This document shows, in pieces, positions 10,011 to 23,044 of a stretch of DNA of 64,000 nucleotides. The notes under the pieces are model-generated. The model did no database searches. It was not told the DNA's origin and saw only the letters and a program-made list of their open reading frames with translations. The position numbers and the translations under genes were made by a program. The DNA is from Podarcis filfolensis (Eukaryota), in assembly GCA_964270895.1 (NCBI GenBank), contig OZ185435.1, one strand, 5' to 3'. The first letter of the stretch is position 1; the number at the start of each line of letters is the position of its first letter.

Positions 10011-11569
10011 AGAAATTAGCTAGTCACGTTTTGCTACTGGCACAGATCCAACTGCGACCGCACGGAGATCTCTGGATGCCATGTTGCTGACTGGGGAAAG
10101 CAAAATGTCACCTAGAGAAGGATCTGAAATATTTTCCTTGAAGCTTGAATTTGTTTTATTCTGGATTGTTTTACTTGATGTTTTAATGTATTGTAAGCAG
10201 CTTTGAGATTGGTTCTATAAAGTGGTATAGAAATGAAATGAACAAGAACAACAACTTCATGGGGGGGGGATGGTGCCTACACATTCCATTGTGTTGACCA
10301 TAACCTACATTATTCCATTTGGCGATTTCATTATATATCTGAGTTTCTAATACTGTTCTGAATTCTTCAGAGAAAGAGTAGGAAACAAAAATATCAAAAT
10401 AAGTGCTAATTGAAATGATAACCAATTTTATGGCTCTATACTACCCAAAAAATCATCAGGCTCCCCCCAAATATTAAACGTAAGCATTAAATAACTAGTT
10501 AATATATCCAACACCCATGTACCAATCACCTGTGAGTAAATTCGTATTTTCTGTTTTGCTGAAATTATGCAAATTATCTTCATCGTTTGACTTTGTCATA
10601 GCTTGTTTGTAATTGTTAGTGGCAAACACTCATTGCACATTGATAATGTCCTGTGGGAAGTACTGGTATTCTAGGGTGCATATTGTCCTATTCCCAGTTG
10701 CCTGAGAGTACAATTATGTTTAGTGGTTCTTACTTTTGAGCAGAACTGTACAGGACTGCACTGTAAATATCACTTTAGGTAGATTACCTATGCATTGACC
10801 CACTCTGTATTTGCATAGTGCTTTAAAAAGTATTATAAGGTAGATTTTCCTTCCATTTAAATGTGTATGTGAATCCATATTGGATTGTAATCCATATAGA
10901 TAATTGAACTATGTTATTGTTACTTCACAACACGGAATATATGTATGATCTTGCATTTGTCTTTAAATTGATCTGCCTGGGAGGTGAGGAATGGTTTGTT
11001 TGTGTGCATGTGTTGGCCTTAACTTTAGATGTCTTGTAAAGGGCATGTGACTTTGCTAAAATGTAGATTAAAAAAAAAAAAAGAGGTAGCCAAACAGAAT
11101 GAGATATAGGATATTCAAGTATTATAAACCTGTGGGAAGCTGTCTACTTACTGAGGCCCCTGTCCTTAATGTTCTAGTCTGTCAAGACAAACTGCTGAGA
11201 AATACTGCTCTTGAAGTTGCATCTGTTAAACAAGGAATTGATCTCTTTTTTTCTTGCAAAGTATTTGAAAGTCTTAAGCTATTCTGTCATACCAACTGCA
11301 ATGATACATAGAAATAACAATTCATGTATTATGATATAAGCTTTTGTGTGCCAGAGTCCACGTCATCAAATATATTTATATATTTTACTACATTTTTATC
11401 CTGTTCTTCCTTCCAAAGAATCTCAGAGTGGCAATATCTGAAGCATAATATTTAATTGTCAGCCCAGGCATACACATGGTTCAGGAGAAATGGAGAAGGC
11501 AGTGGCCAGAGGGAAACAAAATGCAAAAAGGAAACTTTTGACTTTGAAAGCATGTGCCACAATAAATTG

Positions 11570-11722
11570 CACACTTCTTCAGATACCTGTGTATCTGAAG
11601 AAGTGTGCATGCACATGAAAGCTCATACCAAGAACTAACTTAGTTGGTCTTTAAGGTGCTACTGGAAGAAAAAAAATTTTTTGTTTTGACTATGGCAGAC
11701 CAACACGGCTACCTATCTGTAA
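11570..11722 (+). mobile_element. Young Penelope-like pseudo-LTR with short inverted 5' arm
   Basis: 12-bp TSD CACAATAAATTG at 11558-11569 and 11723-11734; inverted arm 11570-11590; sense repeat 11591-11722. Confidence 0.85.
11591..11628 (+). ncRNA. Minimal type I hammerhead ribozyme motif (PLE-associated)
   Basis: GTAT-CTGAAGA-A-GTGTGC-AT-GCACAT-GAAA-GC-TC^ATAC: helix I GUAU/AUAC, core CUGAAGA and GAAA, palindromic helix II, palindromic AGCU in place of helix III, CUC cleavage triplet ending at 11624. Confidence 0.75.
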
Positions 11723-13444
11723 CACAATAAATTGGTTAGTCTTGAAGGTATCACAAGACTGTTTTTGCTGCAACAGGCTAACATGGCTGCTACTCTGGAA
11801 GTATTTGTGGAAAGGCCATGCTTCTATAATGCTTGCCTCTTTTCTGCATTTGAAGGTAGATGTGTGTCCAATGACATAGGTGGAGGTGAATTTTTTTTTT
11901 AGCCAGCTTTGTGAGTACTGAAGACTAAGGGATCCAAAATACATGTCAGAAATATGGTGGCTGGTTTCTGTTTTTCCATCCCTGAGACTGTATGTTTTAT
12001 TTTGCTTTGTCACAGATAAAACAGTACCTGGACTCATTAATTTATTCTAAATTGCTCTTCTGTCAACCCTGTAAATTTCATGTACCCAGCTGCAACTGCC
12101 ATTGGCTCCTTTGAATATTCTTGAAGGGTGGATTACTGCAGGGGTAGATTGACCTGGTCTTGTGTCTACTTATTTTCACGTGCATCGTTATGATCCATGG
12201 TTGAATTTAAAATTGACAAAACAAGAGTGCATACTTGGGATCTCTGACCAATTAAGACATAAATAATCTGTTTTAAGTAATACTTGGTATGCACCATCAC
12301 TTTTTGCCAGAATCCCAACAACCAGTAGGTCCTAGGCAGATTCCCAGAAACTGGCCAGTTGTTCATCCATGGAGCATAGTCTGTCTTTTGCCCAACCTTG
12401 AATTACTGGATGACTTCTAGAAAAGTTTGCTTTTTAAAAATTATCAGACTGACATATCAGATTGCTGTATGGTTTACCAAATATTAATTTTTAATGTAAT
12501 GTCGCTAGTGTGGGAAGGTTAACAACGTTCATGGGTTAATCATATGAAGTTCTTGACCTGCACTGAGGCATGGCAAATGATTGTCTAATTGTCTTAGTGT
12601 AATACATCTTGGCTTTCTGCATACAGGTTAACTAATTTAACATGAATTAAAGAGTTGCCTGATAAGATGCTTGCTCTTGGGTTAACAGGCAGATAGCCTG
12701 TTATTTGTACCTAGATGTGCTGAGGTACATAAAAGTTTAGACTACGGTTAAAGTGACAAACAGAAATACTTCAGTATCTTTGGCTTCCAGAGTATTGTAC
12801 CTGATGATTTCTTTTCTTTTGTTGGAGTTGAGATGATTTGTTATCTCTGGATGCCTTCACTGTCCATGCAAATTAAGGGTGGGGTACCTCTGCCCCTTGG
12901 GCCCAACGGTGCCTCCCCATTGGCCCATCAGGCCATTTGGGCCAAACATGCCCACTTGCATGATGCCTGTGGGGCAGGAAAAACCTAGCTCAGCTGAAAG
13001 GGCATTTGCAGGCACTGTTGATTAGCTTGTTAACAGTGTCTGAAAAGTGCTGTGCAGATAGCACTTTGAAAGGGGCTTCTGAAAATCCTGTAGGCAATTG
13101 TGATGCCAGGTGATTGACGTGTGGATGGCTCTGCCTACTTGTCAGACTTGACCTGTAAGGGATGGGGGAGATAATGATAAAGCTCTCTGGCCAGGGCCAG
13201 TTCCTCACCCCTGATGTAAACAATAGTTCTCTAGGAAAGCAGATTTATGGTATTGTGTCCATTACTGGAATTGGATGAAATGTGTAACAATGGTCTTGCA
13301 AAACAATGTGGCATCGACACTCTAGATGTGTAAGCAGCTTGCTGCATAATCATACACATGTTTACTCAGAAGGAACATAGAAGTACCACTGTCCTAAGCA
13401 GGGCTAATTCACAAATATAGATAGGACTCGCTCATAAGCGATCG

Positions 13445-13725
13445 AGAGTTAGAAGTGAGCACTGAGATGGTCAAACTTGCTAATGATACTAAATTGTTTA
13501 GGGTTGCTAAAACAAAAATGTGAAGAGCTCCAAAAGGACCTCTCCAAACTGACTGAATGGTCAGTAAAATGGCAAGTGCAGTTCAATGTAAATAAGTGCA
13601 AAATGATTCATATGGGGGCAAAAAAAAATCTTAATTTCATGGGGTCTGAACTGGAGGTGACAGACCAGGAATGAGACTTTAGGGTCATGGTAAATAACTT
13701 GATGATGATGATGTGAACCCAATGT
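13445..13725 (+). mobile_element. CR1 reverse-transcriptase fragment (degenerate)
   Basis: Translates to KLANDTKL (FADDTKL-like) and ELQKDLSKLTEWSVKWQVQFNVNKCKMIHMG. Confidence 0.85.
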
Positions 13726-13728
13726 ACA

Positions 13729-13930
13729 GTGGCTATGGAAAATGCATAGTGTCAGACTAGGATCTGGGAGATCAGGGTTCAGATCCTAACTCACAGTCAT
13801 TAAGCTCACTAGGTGACCTTGGGTCAGTCACAGCCTCTTAGCCTACCTCACAGGATTGTTGTAGGAATTAATTTAGGAGGGGGGTGAACCATGTACTCCT
13901 TGGAGAAAAAGGTTGGATATAAATGCAATT
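13729..13930 (+). mobile_element. Old tRNA-derived CORE/MIR-like SINE
   Basis: GACTAGGATCTGGGAGATCAGGGTTCAGATCC..GGTGACCTTGGGTCAGTCAC..CCTACCTCACAGGATTGTTG; similar to 8583-8797. Confidence 0.65.
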
Positions 13931-14844
13931 TACTAGCTCTTAAGAAAGCAGGAGGTGCCAGCCAGATGACGGTCATCAGTCTGACATCCAGAGATCTCCG
14001 TGTCATCGAAATTGGATCTGTGCCAGTTGCAAAACTTGCTTGGTGCCTGGGGAATTTCAAACACTGGTTGGGGTACCCTCCAGAACAGCATGAGAGTCTC
14101 TCCTTCCTCCCGCAGGAACCTCCTCCTGGATCTCAGTTCCTTCTGTCAACAGGAGCAAGTCTGGATCCAACTGTCTTGGTAGTTTTAGCCAAAACTACAA
14201 TTTTTCATAGGATTATAAGGATTTATCAGACGAGGCTTTTAAAAGGATGCTTGAGAACTTTTGTGAAACTTTTTATAGTGCTTTTCTAAAATGATTATAC
14301 TCAACAGTGTTACTGCTGTTTTCCTGCATTTCAGTCATGACCAAACAGTTTGTGGCTAGTGGAAAGATGGCAGTAAAGTTTAGTAGTTTTTATTGTATGT
14401 AAATTGCATTCTTGGTGTTTCAGAAACAGATAACTATAGTAATACTCGATTACTCAGTTGGTTTCTGGGTAGTAATGTTAGCAAGTGATTTCTCTTGCTA
14501 ACTGCCTCCGGACTGTGTGGGGAACTCTGAGCTCAGTTGCAATTCTGATTTCTGGAACATGTTCTTCTAACTTCAAGATTACATAAACTGAAGTTTTGAA
14601 GATGGGATGTTTACAGTACTTTCTCCCTGCATTTCTGAGGTCACCATTTCTAGTAACATGGTTATTAAGCTAACAAACAATGGAAAACAGCCTAGAAAAA
14701 ACAAACAACCCTACAAATCCATTTTTCGTACAGCATCCACAGGATGGCTAAATCTGTGGCTGTATTCAGGATACAGTTGATTTGTTTATTAAGTATGTTA
14801 ACTATTATGCTATTCTAATACTAGAGGGTGAGCTTATTTAATAT

Positions 14845-14948
14845 GGGGGTGTGGGACCTATGGCCCTCCAGATATTGTTGGACTCCCATCAGCTTGCTGG
14901 GGCTTACGGGATCGAGAGTCCATCAAGGCTGCAAGTTCCCCATCCCTG
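14845..14948. mobile_element. Degenerate hAT palindromic MITE
   Basis: GGCCCTCCAGAT..GACTCCCATCAGC..GTTCCCCATCCCTG, related to 973-1110; no TSD recovered. Confidence 0.6.
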
Positions 14949-17900
14949 TTTTAATATAAAGACATGATTATTTCCTCCACCCACCCCAAACTGGTAGAAT
15001 TTAACACCTACAGCCCTGGATTCTGGCATCCTTTTTGTAGAGATGCCAGAGATTTCATATGGCATCTTCTTCATCAAAGCTTGGGCTTAACTAGTAAGCT
15101 ATGATTTTAACTCTTTATCTCTGGGCTTGGTTGTGGTCCCCAGAATATTCAGACTAATTTGTGACTAAGGATATGTGCAACTTTTTGAGCTCTATAAAGA
15201 TGTTCACAGCTTTAAAAAGATGTATTTGCTTTTCAAAATCAGCTGTCTGATGAAGGCTTTTGTTTGGGGGCTAAAGTAGATATAACAGCAGCAGTCGCAA
15301 GTGTTCTCTGTGTTTGCCCTACTAGCATACGGAATGGGGTGTGTCTAATTTAAACATCAGTCTCAGGGTCATTGGTACGAGCCACACATTAGGCAAAAGG
15401 ATAGAACAAAATACATGTGTGCCCTACATTGTGACTGATGTACAAGCAGTGAAGTGTTGGGGTATGTTGTAAAAATGATTTTCTTCTAAAACCATTTTGA
15501 AAGTGGCAAAATAAAAATGGACCCTCCTGATCCTAAGCATCTCAGCTCAATGGAAGAGGGGTTTTGAGAACCTGAAGCTGTGAAGCCTGATAATTACATG
15601 GGCAGATTAAAGAACTCTGGAGGCAAACAACCAATAATTGTTATAGCTTTATTGGTCAATAATCAGACTTCACTGTACTGGAACTATCCAGACATCCAGC
15701 TGGCTGGAAGAACTGAGATGTAAAAGAAAACTATCTTGCATATCTTTAATAGGCTGGTGCTGTGGTCTGTGAATGAAATACCTATGCAAACTAAAGAATA
15801 GTGGGAAAATTCCTTCTTTCTGGAAGAGGGTAGTCTTCATTTTTTTCTCTTTTACCTGAGACAGTTGAGTTGCAATTAGGAGAATGTTGTTCTTGACCTC
15901 AGCTGTTAATAATGTACATTGCCTATTCAGAAACTGCAAAAATGGTATTTATAAAATTGCAAAGTGAGTCAGGCCATGAAGCTGCCTACAGCTGAGGCTT
16001 GCATAAACAAACAAGGATGCAACACAAATTAAATACACCACTTGTGTAAACATTCTAGGCTACAGGGGCACCAGGAAGTGGAGAATTAGCAAACTAGAAA
16101 TCATAACTCTAACTTGGTGTCCCTCTAATGTAGGTGGTGTTGGACATGCACTTGAAATCCTTTTATTATTTTGTATCGCATATTTAATACTGTATTTTAT
16201 TCTTTTAATTTTTGTGAGCCTCTTGAGAGAGTAAGTGTTTTTGGGCAGCTCTACAATTATTGTAAATTGAAGTCTTTGGTTTTTTTTAATGAATTGTTTT
16301 AACTGATGAAATAGTTACAGTAAAAAATTACCACCACTACCAGAACCCTGGAAACTGTAGCTTTGTAGTTGTGCCATATATGCACCCCCCCTTGACTCCA
16401 TATTAATTCAGAAAAATCACTACCCCTTGGCACCATAATCATTAAATTTATGCTGGTCCTTCTGCAAGAAGACAAACTCCCTCTTGATTTCCTGTACAGT
16501 TGTCCACCAGCTCTTAACCTAAATCTTATTAGTGCACTCAAAAGAAACACATTGGACTTTCATGACTTCCATATCTTATATATCACTAGTAATTGACTGT
16601 ATTCATTTCCAGCTGTTATGGTTTGGTTAAGGCATAGTGACCAAAGTGTATTTTGGTGTCTGACTACCTACAAGATATAGCATCTTCCTTTCCCTGCTTC
16701 TCTCAAACTTTAGTTTTGTCATTGCATCTCAGTTGGATGAACTGTAGTTGCTTCCACCCAGGAATCGCTTCCAAACTATGACTCCAAAAGGTTTGGATGC
16801 AGTTCCTGGTTTGCAGTAACCGTAGCTTGTCAAGGCTGGATTTCACAGCAAGCTACAAAAGGGAGGAGGAATGCCCCCTGCCAAAGTTTCTGAACCATGG
16901 CTTGACAATGATATCTGAATTGGACTGGTGAAATGTCAAGCTTTGCTAAAACATCACTTGCTTTGCCACTGAGGGACAGATTCAGCTAACTGGTCCAAGT
17001 AACACAAACCCACACAAGGACTTATTGTAGTGCAATGGGGCATATCCCCTCCCCTCCCACCGTGTGTTCCACCAAATTGGCTGCTGTGGGGTGGGGTGGG
17101 GTGGGCAGGATAACTCCCACATCAGCATGCGGGGGAAGGAGATGGGAGATCATTCCATTGGGTAAGCAGAACTGCTTGCACTGATGGGTCAATCTCCTTA
17201 GTGCTGTGTTATACATAGAGAGATATGTAGTAGATTATAGCCTGCTTTTTGTCACAAGTCCTCAAAGCAACTAACAGCTGCACGCTCATGAAACAAAACA
17301 AAAGCAGGGGCTGGATCGGGTGGCAGTTGGTGTCAATTGGCTCTGAGATGGGATGTGGGAAAGACAGGCTGACAGGATTGGGCCCTGATGTTACCCTTGA
17401 TTGCTTCCCTCACTCTTTCCATAGAAGATATCACCTCTGTCCTTCATTTCTGCCATGCCACCTATCTTCTCTTGCCAGAATTGGTAAGTGCTGCAAAGCC
17501 CTACTCTATCTAAATGCCATTCTTGAGCTTGAAACCAAACTATTCTCATAAATCTGTTTGGCTTAGAACACTGTTGCAGGATTGCTGAGAATAGCACATG
17601 TGACCATATATTCTTTTCACTGTGTGTATATATGTTGAATATGTGTTGCAGGCTTTGTGTAGCTATGTGTGGGAAATGAATGAGAGGATCATATGCATCC
17701 TTTTAAAAGTATAGGAGGTTGTTTTGTGTGGAAGGGTGTGTGTACTTGCACCTTGTCTCTTAGGGGCGGGCCCCAGAGATTGGCACAGCAGTTCTATTAA
17801 CAACAGCTGATGGTGCCAGCAGCTGCTTTAAACCCTGCATGCTAAGAAAGTTTTTCTCAGGAGACAAAGTCCCTGACAGAGGCAAGACCTGCCCTGGTGT

Positions 17901-19597
17901 GGGTGTGCAGGTGGAGGGAGGGAGGATGCAGTGAAGAAATATCTTTATGCTCCTGAGACATGCCAAGCTTTCTACACAGCCAGTTCCAGATTGGGTCAGT
18001 TCCAGTGCTCATGCCTTTTCTGCAATTGTTAAGGCAAAAGATGCACTGAATACTTCTTCACTGTGGCTGATAACTCCTCATCTAAAAATGGGCTGCAGTT
18101 CCTTTTTATTTGTTAGGATGCAGAAGAATTAGTTTTTTATTCTCTAAGTCTGTGATGCCTTAGCAGGGATAGGATGAGAAAACTTTCTGAAAAGTGGTGT
18201 CATTGACGTTGTTTTCATTGCATTAAGCAGCAATAGAGTCCAGTTTTGATGTCATGCCAAAACATACTTTTGATTACCATACTGTATATCTGGTTATAGA
18301 ACCTTGTTCCTTTTCTGAATCAGTTATCTCCAAGAAGCGACTGTCTAAACATCCTGCACAAACTGAGAACCCTTATTCTAAGAAACCACAAATTCCCTCA
18401 GCTTCATACCTTTTCTCGTTTAAATCTTTAAGGAATCAATAATCTCTTCCCTTAACCTCCTCTCCAGAGATGTGTCAAAGAATGGATGATAAACATATTG
18501 CTAATGATTTTGAGGTTGCAGTTGGTGGCAAGCATATGATCTCTTCCTCCAGTAGAAATCTTTGAGGCCACCCAGTACCTCTCCACAATGACACAAATTG
18601 GCATCTCACGGGTTAACTTCAATCACAGCTATTGCATACTCTCCTCAAGGATCCTGAGAAACCACAAGTGGCCATTCCACATTGTCTCTGGCAACAAGAA
18701 AAACAGTGAATGTGGATTCATATGCAGGAGCCATTCTTGCAGTGTCCAGAAGTTCCAAGACTCAAATAGAGATACTGGAAAGCAAAATGAAAAATGGCAA
18801 GTGAATAAAAAGTTCATTGCCTGGAATGAGTTGTGAGGTGTGGTTGATGTTAAGATGGTGCATTTGCTGCCTTGATTCACTACTAAGTCCATGTGCAAAC
18901 AGGAGTGGCTGTGCTGGTCCATGTCAGATGGCACAGATCATTTTGAAGGAGGACAAAGATGAAAATGGCTGAGAACAGCCAAGCCATTCAGACATCTCAG
19001 CTCCCTTTCCCATATACTTGCATCATCCTGAGGCCAGGAAATGAGTTTTATTAAGAGCTAAACTTGCAAATGTTGCTTCTACCAAAGCTTCACTCATCAG
19101 CTTCAGGGGTTATTTATACCTTATAATAGTCTCATGGCTTGCTTCCATGTTTTCAAGGGTGGGTTTGGGGACTGTGTCATCCTGAGAATGGGGGCAGAAA
19201 CTCTCCCAAGCCAGCATTGGTTTCAGCAGGGAACTCTGACATACATAGTGCAGAAAGCTTGACTGTGCTTTGCAGCATCAAAAAACAAGAAGAAAAAGTT
19301 GGGTAGCAACCGTGAGTTAAAATTACTAATGCAGGGGGAGTGGAGAACCAACACTCCATTGTGAAGTGCTTAAGCCAGATGTGGGGTGTGGATGGCAGCT
19401 TCTATTTTAGACATATATTTATTATATTTATATACGTTAATCCAAACATGTTCTCTGCATGAAATACAGTTTATAATTTGCAGTGCTGTAGGAGGTAAGC
19501 TGCTTCTATAGTAAGCAGTTTGTGGTAACAGAGAAAGAAGGGCATTATTGACATCAAAGTATATAAAATACGCCTATAAAGGTAATTTTCTGCTAGT

Positions 19598-19714
19598 ATA
19601 GAATCATAGAATTGTAGGGTTGGAAGGGACTCCAAGGGTCATCTAGTCCCACCCCCTGCAATGCAGGAATCTCAACATAGCATCCATGGCAGATGGCCAT
19701 CCAACCTCTGCTTA
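19598..19714 (-). mobile_element. CR1 3'-end fragment
   Basis: ATAGAATCATAGAATTGTAGGGTTGGAAGGGAC..GGTCATCTAGTCC..CTGCAATGCAGGAATCTC matches the CR1 end at about 2366-2620. Confidence 0.82.
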
Positions 19715-22700
19715 GTAGAAATTGGTAGTCATAATAAGAGCTGAGCTTAGCCTTTGGCTAATACTTTTTCTTTGAAAGAAAAAGGCAAGGTGGGAAGAAT
19801 AAAATCTTATTGGGTGTGGGAGAAAGTTTTCTTTATTTTTTACAGGGTAGGGGGCCATACCCTAACAAGCAGTTAGGGTTGTACATCATGCATTGAGCAT
19901 ACCAGTATGTTTGCCTAGGGGCTTCTTTTCTCTTGGATCCTTTTTTTCAGATGAGTATGGCAGAACCTTGAGCCCATGCCCTAGGGCAGCCTGGGTCCAA
20001 TATATGCTTCCTCCCAAGCAAGCTGTCTGGGGTTTGTATAATATTGAACATCCTTCCCTGGAGTGCTGCCTCTGAAGTGCCATAGGGACACTGATGAGTA
20101 ATGATTACCAGCTGCAACACAGTCACTGGACTGATTGAGTCAAAGTGTTCATGAGCAAGTGATGGTTCTCCCATCTCAATGCCCTTCTGGTGCCCTTGCC
20201 GTGTTGTGTGGAGGAAGGGTATTGTCTGAAACAATAGTTAGCCCTTCCTTGGGAAGTGGGACTCTTACGTGCATAGAGTCTAGGAAAAACTGGGTATGGA
20301 TAAATAAATGGACGAGAACAAAGATCTGTGCTCAAAGTAGCTGTGCCCAGGCATTGATCCTATAAGGCAGGTGGGCCTCTGCACCTTTGACCAGCAGTTG
20401 CAGTGGCTGGAACAGAGCACATGCTGCTCATGGACTCGAGCATTTCATCTACATAATTGAGAGTATTGAAGCATGAGGAGCAAAATGTGGGGGACGTGTG
20501 TAGCAGTTATACTTTGAGGCATGGCACCTTTCCTCCTTGTGAACCCTTCTGAAGCAGCAGAGTATAATCTCTGTTTTGAATCCTGAGGCAGAGTTAGAGT
20601 TCTGAGAAGGCCAATGGTGGCAATGAGCTCTTCCTGCATTTGTGCTGAGGCTAGGCTGTTCATGTAGGGTGCCCTCTCTTTGTGCAGTCTGCCCTTTCAC
20701 CATAGATCTTCTCACCAAAGTTCCCATTGTGGAAACTATGTGAGACCCAAGTGATGTGTGCTCTGTCATGTAAGTAAAGGGCTTCCTTAGTGCTGGACAG
20801 TTTGTATACTAGTGATACTGCACTGCAATTGGGTGCAGTTAGAGTCTATAGTCTGCCACAGCAGTGTAGGTGGTGGCAGGGAGAGGAATAGTTTATTTTG
20901 GCAACTCATTTTCAGTTATTTTGCCAGCAAAGAAATTGGGCTAAGCTTGATCCTCACCACCTGCTGCCCATCTTGGCCACTCTATCAATAGTTCTGCCAA
21001 CAGTGAGGATATGTTGCTGTCTCTGGGACTATCAGCTAAAAAGATCGCCAATGATGGTGTGGTATGTGCCCAAGATACATCAGCATTGGGAACGTAAGCC
21101 AGTTAAGATGGTATCCTTGAAGCCTGGGATTGTAGTGTGAGCTGCCTTGAGTTGGTAAAATCTTAATTGGACCGATGTCCTGGTAATCTCTTGGAAGAGG
21201 CTTTGCTATTACTGCTTCCAAAAAATCCTTAATTAAAGGACAAAATAGTTGGTTCTAGATTTTCTCCTTAGCAATAAAACATTTAAGCAGCCCACAAATA
21301 TCTCATGTCTCGCAGAATACCAATGTTCTGCCCCAATATCTCATTCTGAGGAGAGAAGAGAATGATTAATCCAAATGACTTCAAGCTGTGAATAGAGACC
21401 AGTACAGGAAAAGGTGGGCAGCTGTTATGGAGGGAGGATCTGTCCAAATGAGCAGTAATTAAAATGGAGTGCTGAATATTTGAAGACTTAATAGATGCAG
21501 GAAACAAGTTGCTACAACTAGAAAGAGAGGGAGTAGGAAAATAAGGCCTTTGCTACATCCTTTTTATACGATTTATAAAAGTGACTGAGAACAGGGATTG
21601 GGAGGCATGGCACAGGAGACACTGTAATTATATTTTCAAGTATAAATAGAAGTCTGTCTGGGATTCCAGTTCCTGGAGGCATCTGTGTGTGTGGCACTAA
21701 ATAAGTTTCTCACTCTGGTGATGGAGTTGAGAAGCTACACAAATCAAAGTAGATTGTTAACTAGTTTTACATTTTTAACCAGAACAGGAAAGTACTAAAT
21801 TTGGAGGCAGTGTGTCATGAACACATGCGAAACCTAATTTTTCTATTTCTAGAACCGCTGTAGCGCTATGTGTTACTGTTGTAACACTTTTTTCTGATTG
21901 TGTTGGGACTAGAGTCTTAAGATTTGGGTGGGGGGAAGTAACACGGTTTTTCAGAACTTGTCGAGGAGCCTCCCAATGACTTTTGACTTAAGTTCAATAG
22001 AAGTTTAAATTGTTATTGCCTATTCTTTCTAACTCAAGAACTGTAGCATAAAATGATTTTCTAGGAACTGTTAATTACTTTCTTGCCTGAATAGGTAGAA
22101 ATCCTCCGCCTAACTGGCATGTATACATCTAAATTGTTCCCATTGCCAGTGGTGTTTTCTTCTTATTATCTTTGCACCACCCTCTTAACCCTCAAATTTG
22201 CTCAACAAAATTGATTATTGATTAATAAGCTTAGATTATTCTTGTCTTCAGAGTTTTTCTTTAATCTATCAGTTATATTATACCACATCTTTCTTGATCA
22301 TCACTGTTTCTGTAAAATTAGCATGATTTAGAGTTCAAAGAGTACATTTGATTAAAGCAGAGAAAGTGATCTAATTTAGGGGTGTCATAGGGATGGATGT
22401 AGCCAAGATTATAAAGAAGATGAACAATATTTATGAATTAATGTTTCTTCCACCAGCCTGTTACTGCATTTCCCCAAGATGGGCTGTTGGAGATTAAGGC
22501 CTCACACCAATGTCAGGGAGGGGTTAATCTGGCATGCTTTCCTGGATAGTGCAGTGTTTGGAAGGGTGAAGGAGGTGCCCTAACCAGATAGGCAAGAAGG
22601 CTTTGCATAGCAGGTGAGAATAAGGAAGTTGAGAGGTACTGCAATTTTAGACACTGATCCAAAGGAGGAAAAGATGTGAGTAGCTGCTTCTTTCTTCAGC

Positions 22701-23044
22701 TGTTTGGAGTTCTGGCTCATCATCTCCTACCTCAAATAATCACCCCACTGCCCTTTTACCTATTGGGCCATGTTGTGGAGTTCCAGAAAAATGGTTCCAT
22801 GCTCTAAATTAGGATCTTATTCAGCATGTTTATTTTGACTAATAGTAAACAACTTAAGAAGTACCGTGTACTCTAATAACCATACATGCTATATAGCACC
22901 AGCATTTTTCCAGCAGCTGAAGGGATTTGAATGAGAAGGTCTGATAAGGAGGAAAATTAAAGCACACTAAGAATTGAATGCACTGAAACAGGTGTCTACA
23001 ATTTTTGGCTTTCCTTGCTGGCCATGCGAAAAACTGGATAGATA

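Larger units (their letters stand above)
11541..11800 (+). mobile_element. Older Penelope-like terminal-repeat remnant (host of the younger insertion)
   Basis: Removing 11570-11722 and one TSD copy restores GAAAGCATGTGCCACAATAAATTGGTTAGTCTTGAAGGTATCACAAGACTG..GGCTAACATGGCTGCTACTCTGGAA, a degenerate PLE end. Confidence 0.7.

Noticed and set aside
18590-21250. Possible degenerate DIRS/LTR coding remnants
   Set aside because: Only vague peptide resemblances, with no diagnostic RT, RNase H or recombinase motif I can verify; needs a translated Repbase search.
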